Shown here in pieces: positions 49,765-63,420 of a stretch of DNA of 64,000 bases. The DNA comes from Sarea resinae (lineage: Eukaryota), in assembly GCA_026026165.1 (NCBI GenBank), contig JAPEUD010000001.1:62001-126000 (forward strand), written 5' to 3'. How positions within the stretch are numbered: the first letter of the stretch is position 1; each line of letters opens with the position of its first letter. Both the position numbers and the translations under genes were made by a program. Below the pieces are notes generated by a model. It saw nothing but the letters and a program-made list of their open reading frames with translations. It made no database searches and had not been told where the DNA came from.

Positions 49765-51540
49765 GATGGCGGCGATCGACTCGAATGACTTTTGTTAGGT
49801 GAGATACACAGAGTGCTCTCTTGAGGTGAGAGAGTGGTGGAGGAAGAGCTAGATAGATGCTCGTGGGTTGTTTGTTTTTCTGGAGCTGGCTGGCTGCGCA
49901 GTGGTTTCTGGTCCGGTGGTGCTTTGCTCGCGTGCTGGTGCCAGAGATGGAAACAGATCTTCGAAGATAGGAGGGAAAAGAAAAAGAGGGAGAGGAGAAA
50001 AAGGGCAATAAGAGTAAGGAAATCATTCGAGACTTGACTGCAGCAAAAACACTTGACTCCTTTGGGTCTGTCATAGTTGATGCCACCTCTTCGTTTCGAT
50101 GACAGAAAGGCACTTGCCCTTCTTGGTGGCAACATCGACGTCGACGCCGTGACTCAGTCGCGCGGAGTGGACCTGGTTGGTTCGGCCATGGCTTTTCCCG
50201 GGAAAAAGGTCGTCGTCAAGGTTGGGTGTTTGCGATGTTTCTCCAGACTTCCCGATACGGTAATATCACGGTATTCTGGCCCGATTTGACACGGCTTGCC
50301 GTAGCACCTAGAGCGCGATTCTTGATAACCAGCATACGATACGCAGTCAACATAGAAGCAACAGAGTCCTCTAACATAGCCGAGAAGTAATCAACATATC
50401 GTGCATGATCAATCAATCGCAGAATGACGAGGAGGTGATGAAGTGCACTGAGATGTATGATATTGAAAAGCAAGAGAGAACGGCCAAGGCTTCGCCGTAG
50501 ACAGCGGCAGCATGGATCTACAACATGTCTTCCCGTCAGTCAGAGATAACAGGTCAGAGATCAATAGATGCACGCAGTCAACGTCAAACAAGAATCTCCC
50601 TTTCCCTTCACTGGGCGCCATGCGGCCGAGGCGTGTGAAGTGAAGGTGTCTGCTCTACTCTACTCCTACAGGCCTCCTCGACAAGGGAACTCTAGTGCCT
50701 AAGGTACTGAAGTACGGCAGGTCTTCGTTGGCGATCTGTCGCCCGACTCGGCCACTCGCCAAGCTCGGCACTAAGCGAAGAGAAAATTCCCAAGCGATGG
50801 ACACCTATAAAGCGGCTCGCCCTCGCCCTCGCCCTCGTTTTCCTTTTCTTCTCCTCATCATCAGTAGAGGTTATGTCTATAACCGTCTAGGAGCTCCGCT
50901 ACTACAGCGGCTTGCTGAGGGTCATTCCGAGCGTCTCGCTCTCAAATGGGTTTCTCTCCGTTCCCGGCTCCTTTGATTATCTTGCCTCCGTTCTTTCCTT
51001 TCAACTGCGTGGATTCCGTGCACCAGATGGATCGTAGTTGTGGGATGGACGCTACATTTCTTGTTACTTGTCGACTACTCATTCCGTCATGCTGTTGGCC
51101 CGAGTCGACTTTGGAGGACTTTGGGAATAGAGGCTGGCTAGGCCGATGGCTTGTAATGCATACTTGTCGCGACAAGGCGATGGGTGATGGGTCTACAGCT
51201 GCAGGTGATGATCAGCCTGGACGAGATGTTTCTGGACCAAGTTCTTGCTATCCTATGTCCGAATCCCTTTTTCCCAAATGTCTTATTCTACGCTCTACCG
51301 CCGACCCGACTTCGTATTGCTGCCCATGATCTGGTCATGGAATTAGAGTCATGAAATTCATCAAACAACACCCTCATTGCATCATCATCATACTCATCAT
51401 CATCAGTCGACGTGTGGACTTGTGAATTGCATGGTATTTCGTAATCATATCGTACTGCTCCTCGGACCTGCTCGATTGAAGCAACTCCTAATTGACCATC
51501 AGGCGCCGTACCCAGCTACGTAATCGAACCACACCAAGAT

Positions 51541-52347
51541 CTAGTAGATACGCTTTGGCGGTGACATGGTGGCCTTGATCGTCAAGCTACCAACGTTTTG
51601 CCAGCCCTTCTTCAACAAGCTGACCAAATAGTTGATAGACAACATGATGTTGCTGATCAGCTGGTCCTCGGTCATGCCCACATTTCCAACAGCGACACCC
51701 AAGCACAAAACCTTCTTCAGCTGGAACTTGATGGTTGACTTGACCTCGGTAACCTTGGCGGCAAGATCTTCGGCGTGAGAGATGGGAGTCGGGAACTTGC
51801 CAGCCTTGGAGAGACCGGGTCCGAGGAGACGGGGAATTTGCTTGATGAGGGTGTCGGAGGCCACGAAGGCGTCGTACTTGCGCGCCAACTTCTTGATGAG
51901 CTTCTTGTTCTTGTTAAGCTTCTTCAAGTCGTCCGAGGACATGGCGTCGATGCCGTGGTGCTTGGCGCGATCAATATCATGCTGGTCACCGAGGACACTA
52001 GTTCACCCAAATGTTAGCCAGACTGCCTCTTCCAAGTGCTTCTTCTACACCTTCTCCTCGGCCTGTCGACGTACCAGATGCTCATGCCCGGCCGCGGGAC
52101 CTGGGGAAGCTTGACGGTGCCGGAGAAACGCTTGTCACGCTGGGGATCGTAGTTCTTGAGGCCGATCTGAAGCTCGACAGTCTCGAGGAATTGACGCTTC
52201 TTCTCATTGAGAGAGTAATCGAGAAGTTGCTGCACATTTTGGCGCACTCCGGCTACAAGTTCAAGGAGTGTCAGAAGACGTTCTTGAGAGCCAAAAAGCG
52301 GACCACTCTATATCGTGGGTGAACATACCGACTGTGATTTTTGACAT
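51541..52347 (-). CDS. rpl1: 60S ribosomal protein uL1 (L1/L10a)
   Basis: Exons 52347-52329, 52252-52075, 51997-51541: [76 protein letters not shown]. Confidence 0.98.
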
Positions 52348-53842
52348 GATGAAGACAGTCTTCCAGAAGAATTAATTCTTTTGGTGAGGATTTGCGCTTG
52401 CTGTTACTGAGGGATTGAAATCGAGGATCTCGAAATGTTCGCAATGGTGAAAGTTGAGTCAGTGGCGATCCGTAAGCGAGGGGTTAAGCCCTGGAAGAGA
52501 GAAGCGCTTGCCGTAATGCTTTTTCACGAAGTTACTACGGACTGTGTAGAAAACCACAAACGCAATTCTGCAGACTCCGTTCATCGCCTCATCGTATCGA
52601 GTATCCAAGTGCTTTCCTATCTGGGACATAATCACAAGGCCTCGTTGCAAAGATGTATATAGATATTCCTCCACGTTCATACCCCCTAGAAAGAAAAAAC
52701 AGCCTTGTTGCCCATTTAGCCTCCGAATGATCCCCACTCTCCTTCCCTCTCAAGTGATTTTCAGAATGTGATTCAGACACATGAAGCGCAAAACGCCTTC
52801 GATGACGGTTGCAGAGGGTCTGTCTGCAGCGACAAGAAGCCATGCAGACTTGGCAACGTGCTTTCCAGCATCACCGGAGCCCTGAGAGATGATGACGAGA
52901 ACTTTTCTGTTGAGTAGTTCCATATGCAGGATTACCTAGGCGTCGTTCAGGCAGGCAGTGTCCAACCAGAAAGCATGAGTTCTCTATACCTTGCTCAGAG
53001 TAAGGAATTGCTTCCAACACCTGTTACATTTATTGATGAACACACTCGCTTGAGTATCTCAATTATACGCGCTCAAAATTTCCATAAATCTAGGCAAGCA
53101 AGGTAGGTCAGGTGGTAAAGTAGGTAATCATCAGATTGTGTTTTATACGGGTTGAAGAGTCTCATTCTCATCCCCAGCCCTGGAGCCTTATCTGTCCCAA
53201 ATTACACACATAGCCTATTCGTAATCCCTTTCAGCTTATCGTTTTCTTCGCACACTTTCATCAATCTTTGCAGAGAACACGACTAAAATTTCGAGTATAA
53301 AAAGTAACAAACACACAGTGGGCACACACCGAAAGGACAATGAGGAAAGAAAAGAGGAAAATAAACTTCACAACACAGCAAAGGCAAAACGAGAACTGTA
53401 ATCTGGGATTGAGAACTTGACAAGAGGGTTTGTGGTGTTTCATCGACCGATGATGCAAAAGGGCTAACAAGGGAAAGCGCGAAGAGAGACTGGTGTCAGT
53501 TTCCCGTGCACGCTTTCCCTTCATCGCTTCCTCCTCCATTCCCAACTATGCTCCTCCACCGTTGAAGCCGCCTTCGAGAAACCAACGTCCATCCTTTTGA
53601 TCAGCTCATGGGGCAGGGCACACAAACACACGACACACAAGAGACCGGAGGAAGACGAGGATCGATTATGACCATGTTATCAAGGAAAAAGAGGACAGGA
53701 TCGAACGGGATAGAAGAATAAAGGTGTTCAGATTGATCTTTAATGGCTTGCTTGTTACACAATCTCGAGATGGTTTGGGGGGATCAAGAAGAAGCGCGGT
53801 ATCTCATGCGTGAATGTGTTTTGGGGATGGGCGTTCAGGGCT

Positions 53843-54572
<730 letters not shown>

Positions 54573-55721
54573 TCAAGTGGGTGGGGGATGGGAACAGGAG
54601 TTAGACGTGGCGATGACACGTCTCAGGAGGGCTCCGTCACAGCTGGTCAGGCACGAGTGTCAGCTCAAGATCTTGGACTCGATGCAGGTTTGTATGTGAT
54701 GAAGGAAGTAGGTCGAGTCGACGCAGCAACTTGGTGTCGCGCTGAAGCGGTGGACCAGGGTGTAGATCTGATGAGATTATGGGGGGTGGTGGTGTCGGTG
54801 AGATGAGAGGAGGGCAATGCGAAGACAGGTGTCCAGTGTCCAGTGTCCAGTCTGCGCAGACCCCGGTGCAACGATCAAAGGAACACGCTCGGGCGCACTT
54901 ACAGCAGTTTGAGATGAAGTTCGAGGCGGGTGATGGAGATGGTTCACGCGAGCAGTGAGGATGTGATGATAAGTAAACGATCCGGAGGTTGAGGACAGGA
55001 TGTCGTCTGTGTGGAATTTTTGGCAATGGGAGGGACTCCGCCGTCAAAGTCACCTGATCGGGTTAGTCGAGGCGCAATACGATAAAGGATGAACCAAACG
55101 TTCCCTGATGGCTGATCATTCCACGGTGATGCACATGAATATCCAACAATTGCAGGCACTATTCATTTGTCTCCTCTAAACTCCACGGTTACAACTGATG
55201 GATGTATTTGTTTCAATGAATGCTATCACTACCATGAGCAAGAGTGAAGACATGTCAAATCAAGGCAAAGACGTAAAGACCCCTAATATGGATGTCCAAG
55301 GTAGCCTAGTACCAAGTACGAAGTAATTCTACTTCGTAACTCCGGTCAACTGGCTGTCAATTATGTCAGCCGGATACGCCACTACCTGCGATCCGTATCC
55401 CAATCACATCTGCCAGGCTCCAGCTGCCGCCCCCTGGGGGCTGGTTGCAAACGCGGCCAATTCCGGGGCCTGGTAGCAACGTATCGGTACTTTTCCTTCC
55501 AGAGGTTTCCTACGATTGGACAATATCGACCCGGTGCGTGCACCATCTTCGACTCCCATTTGGTCGCAGGATCAAAAAGGTGGTATATATCCATTATGCC
55601 AAGCATCTCGGAACGAAACACTCGTAATGCCTAGAGTAGAGTGATCGGACAACGACGTGCGAACATTGATCTGAAATACTGAGAACATGGCCCGTGTCCC
55701 CCAGGATTAGATATAGATTTT

Positions 55722-58015
55722 TCAGCCAAGCTTCTGCCTCCGCTTCTTCTCTCGTGAACTTGCTCCAACTACTCGTTTTCCGATATCAATAACTTTCCGA
55801 CTGAAGGGTCTGTAGAGCGTCTTCCCCTCCATAGTCCCGCTCACTAAACTGAAACCTGCGAGCAACACGCTCGACAAGAACATGATCACGGCAAAGCAGA
55901 TCCAGTATGTTTTTGCAGTGTAGACGCCTTGGAGATCGTCAATCGATACCTGCCATATGTAAGCATGAGAGCAGACTCACAGGGCATCGGACTGATTGAG
56001 CATACGGAAAAGTATCCCGTCATCAAGCTGATCGGCATGAAGAGGATCGTCACCTTCGAGAGTAGAAGCGTGAATCTCGTGAGACGCTCGACGGAAAAGG
56101 ACTCCTTGATGGCGATGAGGTTGAAATTCTGTTTTTAGGACTGTCAGATTGCAGACACAGCAAACGTATTCAGCTGTTGTTGCGTACCACTAGCACCAGA
56201 GACTCCTTCTCATCAAGGCACTCCTGAATCTCGCTCAATGCATAGAGCCGGATGCGATCTTTGAGTCTCTCAAACCGTACTATTGCCGCCGGGCTCAACG
56301 TGGTCCCAAGCATATCTGCATCTCCCAGTACGGTTTGAGGAGTCATTGATATCTGGAATGGTGCTTCATCGTCTACGGAGACCCCCATATGAGAAAGTCC
56401 GACAAAAGAGTCATTGGCCTGCAACTGTCTCAGAGTCGCAGGTTTCTGTTTCTCGAGTACACGTTCGATGATGAGTTCGTAGCTTTGGTATAGTCGTTTC
56501 AGGACCCCTAATTGACGACCAATATGATGCAGTCTGTCGATGTGCTCTAGCTCAGCTCTCTGCAACATTTTCTTGCGCTGTTCAAGTCAGCAAGTAGTGC
56601 GAGACATTCAAGGCAGATCTAAAGGCTTACTAATTTGTTCAGCTCGGAGCCATATTGGTGCCCTTGTTTCACTACAAGACCGTAGCTCGTGAACCAATCG
56701 TCAAAAAGATAGTAGAACAGTAAGCTAGGCGCATCTGACGGATTGGTCGGTGACTGAGCTTCCGCTTGAGCGTTATTCCAAGTACGTTTCCTTTTCCGAA
56801 TGGGCAAAAGGGTTATAGGATTTTGTGAAGCTCTGGCGTCATTTGCCTGTGACAGCTGGCCTAGCACAACAAGGAGGTTGCGCCGGATAGCAAGTAGAAC
56901 TTTCTGTTGTTCGGAACTAAGCGTACTATGTTGCCCTGGAAAAGGGTCTTCGTGCAAAGTGATGACGGTCCCTAGCAATATTTAGACACTGGGCTCATGA
57001 TCGCGTAATTCTCTTACCTCCGTCACATAGAATCAGCCAAGTCCAAACCCTTTTACCATCTGGAAGATCGCGATTCCCTCGATCTTCCCTGATGTTTTCA
57101 AAGTTTTCAGTGCGAATATTGAACAACGAGTTGTAGCCCAGACAGAGATCTAAATCGCAAAGTTTAGTTGGTCCAAAGGGCTACTAGAATTGCGATCTCA
57201 CATTTCTTGCCCCAATCGACAGAAGAGTAATGCCAGACTTCATCCACCAGGTGGTAATGATTCAAATCAAATGGTTCATCAGCACTGTCCTCGCTCTCCT
57301 TCTCCACTAGTTCAATGGCACCCTCAACATCAGAGGCACAGCTCGTTGGAGATCTTGGTACAGTGTGTTGCGACCAATAATCGAAGTGGAAGCGACTCTT
57401 GTGTTCCTCAACGTGGACTGGGATTGGTTTCAGGGGCGCCGAACGCATTAAACCGAAGAGGCGTGGAGAAAAGTCGTAGTAGTCGGCAATAGCCTAGCTG
57501 AATTTTTAGCCAAGGTCTTGCATACCGAATTCCGCAGCAATGAAGAATCTCACTTCGACAACTTTGGGATCCCTATTAGGTGCCCAGATGTTTCTGGAGT
57601 ATGATAAGCGGATAAAGCCCGTGACGCTGATTCATTAAGTGCTCAGTAGATACTTACATCCACCTAGTGCGTAAAGAATCTGGTCTCTGGAATGAAGTAA
57701 TCAGTCATGTTCGGCAGTATATATCTCCTCGCGCTCTTCCTCAGGATGACGGACTCAGATGCAGCATACCGCAGATTTCAAAAGGCCATCAATATCTCGA
57801 GGGGAGAGATCAGAGGCTGCCCAAGCTTCATCATTCGAGAAGTCAATCACGAAATTTTGTGAAGCTATATCTCCAGCAAATGCCTCAAATTTCTTGTATG
57901 TAGACCGGGCATCAAAATTCTCAAAACGCCGGGAAAGATCTGGTATTTGTCTGTAGTACTCTGGTGATGGGGCACCTGGCTCATCGGAGGGCAAGGCCGA
58001 AGCAGTCTGGGCCAT
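55722..58015 (-). CDS. Fungal CorA-like membrane protein (two C-terminal TM helices)
   Basis: Nine exons join in frame: 58015-57770, 57686-57658, 57593-57554, 57493-57202, 57149-57018, 56971-56631, 56577-56188, 56128-56006, 55949-55722. Motifs RTRWINIW, YDFSPRL, VWHYSSVDWG, LFYYLFDDW, RLHHIGRQL..LKRLYQSY, VERLTRFTLLLSKVTILFMPISLMTGYFS, YWICFAVI. Confidence 0.82.
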
Positions 58016-59019
58016 ATTATCGGGAATGACAATCGAATCGCTCAATTACAGAAGAGAAGACAGAGGTCCAAGCCAGAGGGTAAAGGCCCACTTTATCACC
58101 GCAAGATGTCTTGCGAAGGCAGTGCAAAGGTCAGCCGCTTGCTTGCCCCGGTGCCCTCCATTGTTGTTTCGGATGCACACACGACACACAGTACAGCTTA
58201 GGATGTTGACGCTGCCTGGAGGTCAAGCGGCTCGTGTGACAGGGGGGCAGTGAATCGTGACAGTGTTGGTGTTGTGGGAAGTCAGAAGTCTGCGTACCCT
58301 CAACAACTTGCGGCAAAACATGATCATCTAGTGAATCCCAAATAAACTTGATCGCCACTTCTGAGGCTCAAAAGCTTGCGTATGATTTACCTCAATAGTG
58401 AATAGCGGCTTCATGTAGCCTTTGGTCGAAAGATAATAATAATCGTGAGATATAGAGGAATGAACTCATATGTGGCCCTGCCAAAGTACCTTTACAGGTA
58501 AACTTGATAGAGAGATACTCTATCGCCGTGCGCGGACTTCTGTCATCCTACAATAGCGCAACTCCGTAGGCGAGATACGGCGGGTCATATGGCGCGAAGC
58601 TTAGACCAGATGAACGATTGGATACTCTACGCGCTTCTAGATGTAAACGCTGTGAGGCCCCACGATATTGATTTAATCTCTATTCCCAGAGAAAGCGAGT
58701 ACTCCCGGGTATCTATGTCTCGCAATTCAGCTTCAGCTGATACTTCCAGATAGCGGCGAGAGGCACACGTGGTCGCAACAGGCATGGTAGGGGCCATAGG
58801 CACAGGTCTTTTTGCATTTATTTGGCAATAGTGCGGATATTCTATTTATCGCCACGTTCCCGTTGGAAAATGAGCTCAACTAGGTCTCTAATGGCCCGAC
58901 TAGAGTGTAACCACTTTGAATTATACCTACCTCAGCACTCTTTGGTTCGACACTCAATCAGATCCCTTCGATTTCACCGAGCACACCTTCTTGATTACAA
59001 GCCTGGAGGCCAAGCACGT

Positions 59020-59908
59020 CTACAGGAAGAACGAGGCTGCAAATCCAGCGAACACGGTGGCCAAGGACACGAGCGTCTCGGCCGCTGCGGCGCTAGTATA
59101 GGAGCTGGGGACCGGAGCTGGACTCGTGGGCTTTGTGCCGTTTCCACCGGTGGAGTTGCTGACGAGGGTGAAGTTCGCGCAGGTGATGCTATTGATATCC
59201 CCAAGTTAGCATTAACCCAATTTCTAATGTCTCGGATAATCTGCATGCTCATACCGAGTGGTATTTCCGAAATGAACGACGAGAGAGCGGTTGCCGAAGA
59301 AAGCGCCGATGCCTTCCTTGGTAGACGGGTAGAGGTCCAGGTAGCTATTTTCAGAGATACATATTAGCTGTGTGTGAAGGGAACAGAAAAAGGATTCCTT
59401 ACGAAGCAGTGAAGGGACTAGTCGTGATCTTTCCGTGCTTGCCGGCCAAGTCGCCCACCTGACAAGTTTCTGGCTGGGTAGGATCGCAAGAGGGCATCTC
59501 GCCGCGCTCCGTGGGGTCCAAGTGGCCTAGAGTACCGGTGCAGTTGCCGTCTGTTGGGACAGGAGTAGAATGGATATGGTAGACTGATTGCTTGTCAGAT
59601 CAATTTGAGATGATCATGTCTTGCTTGGTTTAGAGAATAAGCTTACGGAAAGGACCGCCGCTTGACGGGAAACCCGACAAGTCAACAGTAAAGACCACAC
59701 CAGTTCCATTGGAGTTGGCCGTGCCGGAGACAGAGCCACGGATGCCGGTGGTGTTTTTGTTGGGCAGCGTGGCCTTGTAGGTGACGCCGACGGGATTGTC
59801 TGTCACGATCGAGGCATTGCCTAAGAGTCCCGTAACGGGAACAGTGTTGGACTGCGCGCCGACGAAAGCGAGGCCCGAGAGGGCGGCGAGGAAGACTGAA
59901 GGACGCAT
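59020..59908 (-). CDS. GPI-anchored extracellular Cu-only superoxide dismutase (Sod5-like)
   Basis: Exons 59908-59647, 59583-59403, 59344-59255, 59188-59020. Signal peptide, GPFLYHIH, GNCTGTLGHLDP, CQVGDLAGKHG, FFGNRSLVVH, TRITCANF, Ser/Thr/Pro linker and hydrophobic C-terminal GPI signal. Confidence 0.92.
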
Positions 59909-62195
59909 TCTTTCGAGTTCAGCGAGTGTATCTTTGCGATTGTACTGTTAGGCTGACTCGTAAGTAAAGGTGCTGCAGGAAGTAAGAAGAGAGTTGAAGG
60001 ATGTGTGTATGTATGTATGGATGGATAGATGAATGGATGAAGTGTGATTGAGAGCGCTTACCAGCAAGTGAAAGTCAAGCAGACGTCAGCGAGCGATTGA
60101 ACCGTTCGAGACACGAGTGAAGAGCGCGACGGTCTTAGGACGAAGGACACAGCAAGCGGCACACAGGAGGAGACTGGATTGGATTGGATTGGTAAGGTCG
60201 GGTTGAGAGGTAAGCTAGCTAAGTTGGTGATGGAGATGCAGACGCAGATCGCTGAAGAAATATAAAGCCAAGGAGATTACTCTACGCTGAATACGGATGC
60301 GGCTGCTACAATAACAACAATAACAGCCAAAGTAGTCCCCGATGGCCCAATGGTCCGTAGGCACGCAACGTTTGGTCAGTCCTCAGCACTGGGGAGCGGA
60401 GGCGGTAGAACGGGCTGAGTCGTCCGCAGCCATGTCCAAGTGCGCGAATGCGCCTAAGCGCAGATCGCAGGGAAGGGAGAATGCGGAGGATGGAACCGGG
60501 TGCTTTGTACGAATAGGGTATGAGGATGGATGCACAAGCAGCGGAACGGGGGAGGGACAAAGAATTCTCGTTGACATTACTGCTAGATGCGGGTGCGATG
60601 TTGATGCTAAAGTAAGATATTGCTGCATCAAACATCGGACTAGTGCATGGATCCTGTCTGCCTTAGGTTGTACCCCGAACCCCTGTTTCGTCATCTTCCC
60701 TTCTCACACCCGCGGACGGACAGCAGTAGTGAGTACCTTACCTTACCTTACTCCGAGTGCCTTGCCTATTACGATGGCAAGAAGACAAAGCAAGTACTCC
60801 GTAGTGAACAATCAGTTCAATCATCTCGATCATCCCGACCAAGCATCATTGGCGGGGTGGTTAGGAGGCATCAGAAGGTGTGGAGATATCGCACGCCTAG
60901 CTTGATTAGAGTACAGATCGACCAGGAAGAAAGGCTTGATGGATGAAGATCGATGTTCGATGATGTTTGGCCGGTGATCGAACAGCGTCCAGGGTCAGGT
61001 CCAGGTCAGGTCCAGGTCAGGTCCAGGTCAGGTCCCGCTCACACGACCTGACCTACTAGGTACCTTGGTCTACCCTTGATTCAGCCTAGTCATGTATGAC
61101 AACAATCATGATAGCTACTAGGTAGCTAAGGTAGAGGAGCTCATGTCCGAGAGCGAGGGCGAGGGGCGAGGGGCGAGGGGCGAGAGGGCGAAACAAACCC
61201 AAATCTTCATCCTCAATTCGATTCCCATGCCATGCGTCCGTTTCCAGTAATTGGTCCACCGCGGGACCCTTTCGCTTCCGCGCGTCGCTCTCAAAAGCCT
61301 CACCCTCACCATCGCCTTCGTATCGAGCTCGACTACTTCATAGAACGAGATTCCTTCCTTTGCGTTCTCCTTTACCCGAGGTGTCAATGACCCGATAAAC
61401 TCACATTCACATCTGAGCCCATCTCCAAGACACGGAGGAAAACTCGTGGGTTTATTGTGCTCAAAAGCTGCGCATTTAGGCCCGCACCGAGTGCCATGTG
61501 TGCTGTGCCGTTCCTTAGCTGTGTGATGTTGTTTCTGTACCGCTCGCTGTCCCAGGCTTCATTGGGATCCCCCCGTGATGAGTTTGATTGGCCTGTTCCC
61601 GATTAGGGGTTGAGTGACGGAACATCAAGTAACCGTCGGACAGGGGCGCGCATTCGGCCTATGATTGCCACTCACTGTCTGCCTCTGTACCCCCGGCCCG
61701 TAAGGTCAGGTCGCTTACAGACCAAGGACGCCTGGCCCAGAAATAGAGGACGAACGAGCGAACGAACGAACGAACGAACGAACGAACGAACGAAAGGCTG
61801 TAAGCGCTGACGGGTGACCACGGTCGAGGCCTAAGCGTGTAGCTAGTTAACACCATCCTTCTTTCTATCCTCCACAAGCCTGATAAAGGAATAGAATACC
61901 CAAGAGCGGGACCCGTAGCATCTGAGTGATATGACACTTGGGATATCTACCTTCTTGGCTGCAATCAAAGAGGGAGGAGAAAGAGTTCCTCTAAGATCGT
62001 CCTCCACGACTCCATATATCCTGTGTCACCTCGAAGCACATCCGAATCTAATTTACCAAAAAAAGTGCCATATAATCTTAATTATCTGCAGGAACCCGGT
62101 GGCTACCCCTTGCTACACTTGTGGCTCACACATGCCGTGTTGAAACGCTGGTGGAGCTACCACCTGAGCGTGTGTTCAAGTACCCTATTACTCAG

Positions 62196-63420
62196 TTACA
62201 ACGACTCCAGATACGCAATATGACGCTTCTTAGATATCCAATCCGACCAAGGTACGTGAACCCTCTTCAACAACGCAAAGAAACCGCAGCCCAAGCTTCC
62301 CGAAGATCTCGGCCGCATACCATCGGTGCTTTCGCGCAAATGGTCAACAGCGTCAAGTCCATGAGCGTGGAGAGGTCGTGCTGGTTCTCTCCGTCGTCAC
62401 CCTCAACCAATTCTTCCATTCCCGTTATCTCGAAGAAGCCTCATCTGGAAGGAAGGAGTCTATTTCTTGCCGAGCTCTGCCCTCAAGCCAAAGTCGAGCT
62501 GGTTCTACAAGTGTGAGCCCAGTATCCAGTAGCCCTCATCTTACTACGTACCAGTAGCTTGGGCTTCTGATACAGGAGGCTTTTCGACACAGTCCATCTG
62601 AAGGGATTCGGACCGTCATTTCTCGCACGGTCTGTCCCGGTAGAATGAGTGCTTTGACAAGAATATCTCCACGCTGAATAAGGTCAAGGGAGTGGTCGAG
62701 GTGTAGAAAAGGGTGGCCCAGGACAGCTTGAGTCAGGCGATAAACCCAGTCTCTTTCCAAGGCGTCGGCAACTTATTTGGGGACCTGGATAGTGAAGCAC
62801 GCCAGTAAGCTGCTGGAGACTTAGCAGATGAAAATATATAGGTGTGTATGTGGATAAAGCTTGTCTCGAACATGATCACGCATAGCGACATGGTCACCCT
62901 AGAGACGCCAGCCAAGAATACCGCTGCCCAAACCATTGAAAGGATCCCAGGATTTCAGAGGAGATGCATTTCCTAACTCGTCTTTTGATGAGACTCCATG
63001 TGCCAAGGGCTAGGATGATGATGATGTCTGGACTTTTTGCATCAAAAGATGACAATAGCCACAACAACTTGACCGAAATACCGTAAGCTGGCCACCCGAC
63101 GTCACCCAATATTTTTACTCATGCTCCGACTTTGCATACCCACGGGTTGGTTGTATGGCCGCAGTCCATGAGGAGGTTCTTTGATGATGGCATCCATGGA
63201 TTCTCTTGTGAGGGAATTCCAATACCATGGCAATGTGGTCACCTGTACAACCGGAAAGATCTCGTAGATAGTTAATCCTTGATAATGGAGCACTTTCGAA
63301 AGCTCTTCGACCAGACAAGATTGTTGTCAAGAAAGTGGGAATGATGAAGCCCGACGAGATTGTATTTATCTCTGAGATTCCTGGTTGAGTGGCCCTGTAT
63401 ATCAACTTTCCGACGGGAGC
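62196..63420 (-). pseudogene. Decayed ClC (Gef1-like) chloride channel/antiporter with CBS-domain remnant
   Basis: Colinear fragments in different frames: GKLIYRATQPGISEINTISSGFIIP (cf. AAGSGIPEIKTILSGF), WSKSFRKCSIIK, WNSLTRE, MVWAAVFLAGVSRVTMSLCVIMFE (cf. MVGAAAFLGGVTRMTVSLVVIMFE), LTQAVLGHPFL, LTICAKAPM/YAAEIFGKLGLRFLCVVEEG/ISKKR..YLESL*. Several frameshifts, stops and a large deletion. Confidence 0.8.

Noticed and set aside
50946..51329. 127-aa ORF after a TATA-like TATAAA near 50805
   Set aside because: No recognisable motif or codon bias; cannot be supported without expression data.
55382..55621. 79-aa ORF between the CorA-like gene and arf1
   Set aside because: GTG start, probably within the 3' UTR/promoter interval, no recognisable homology.
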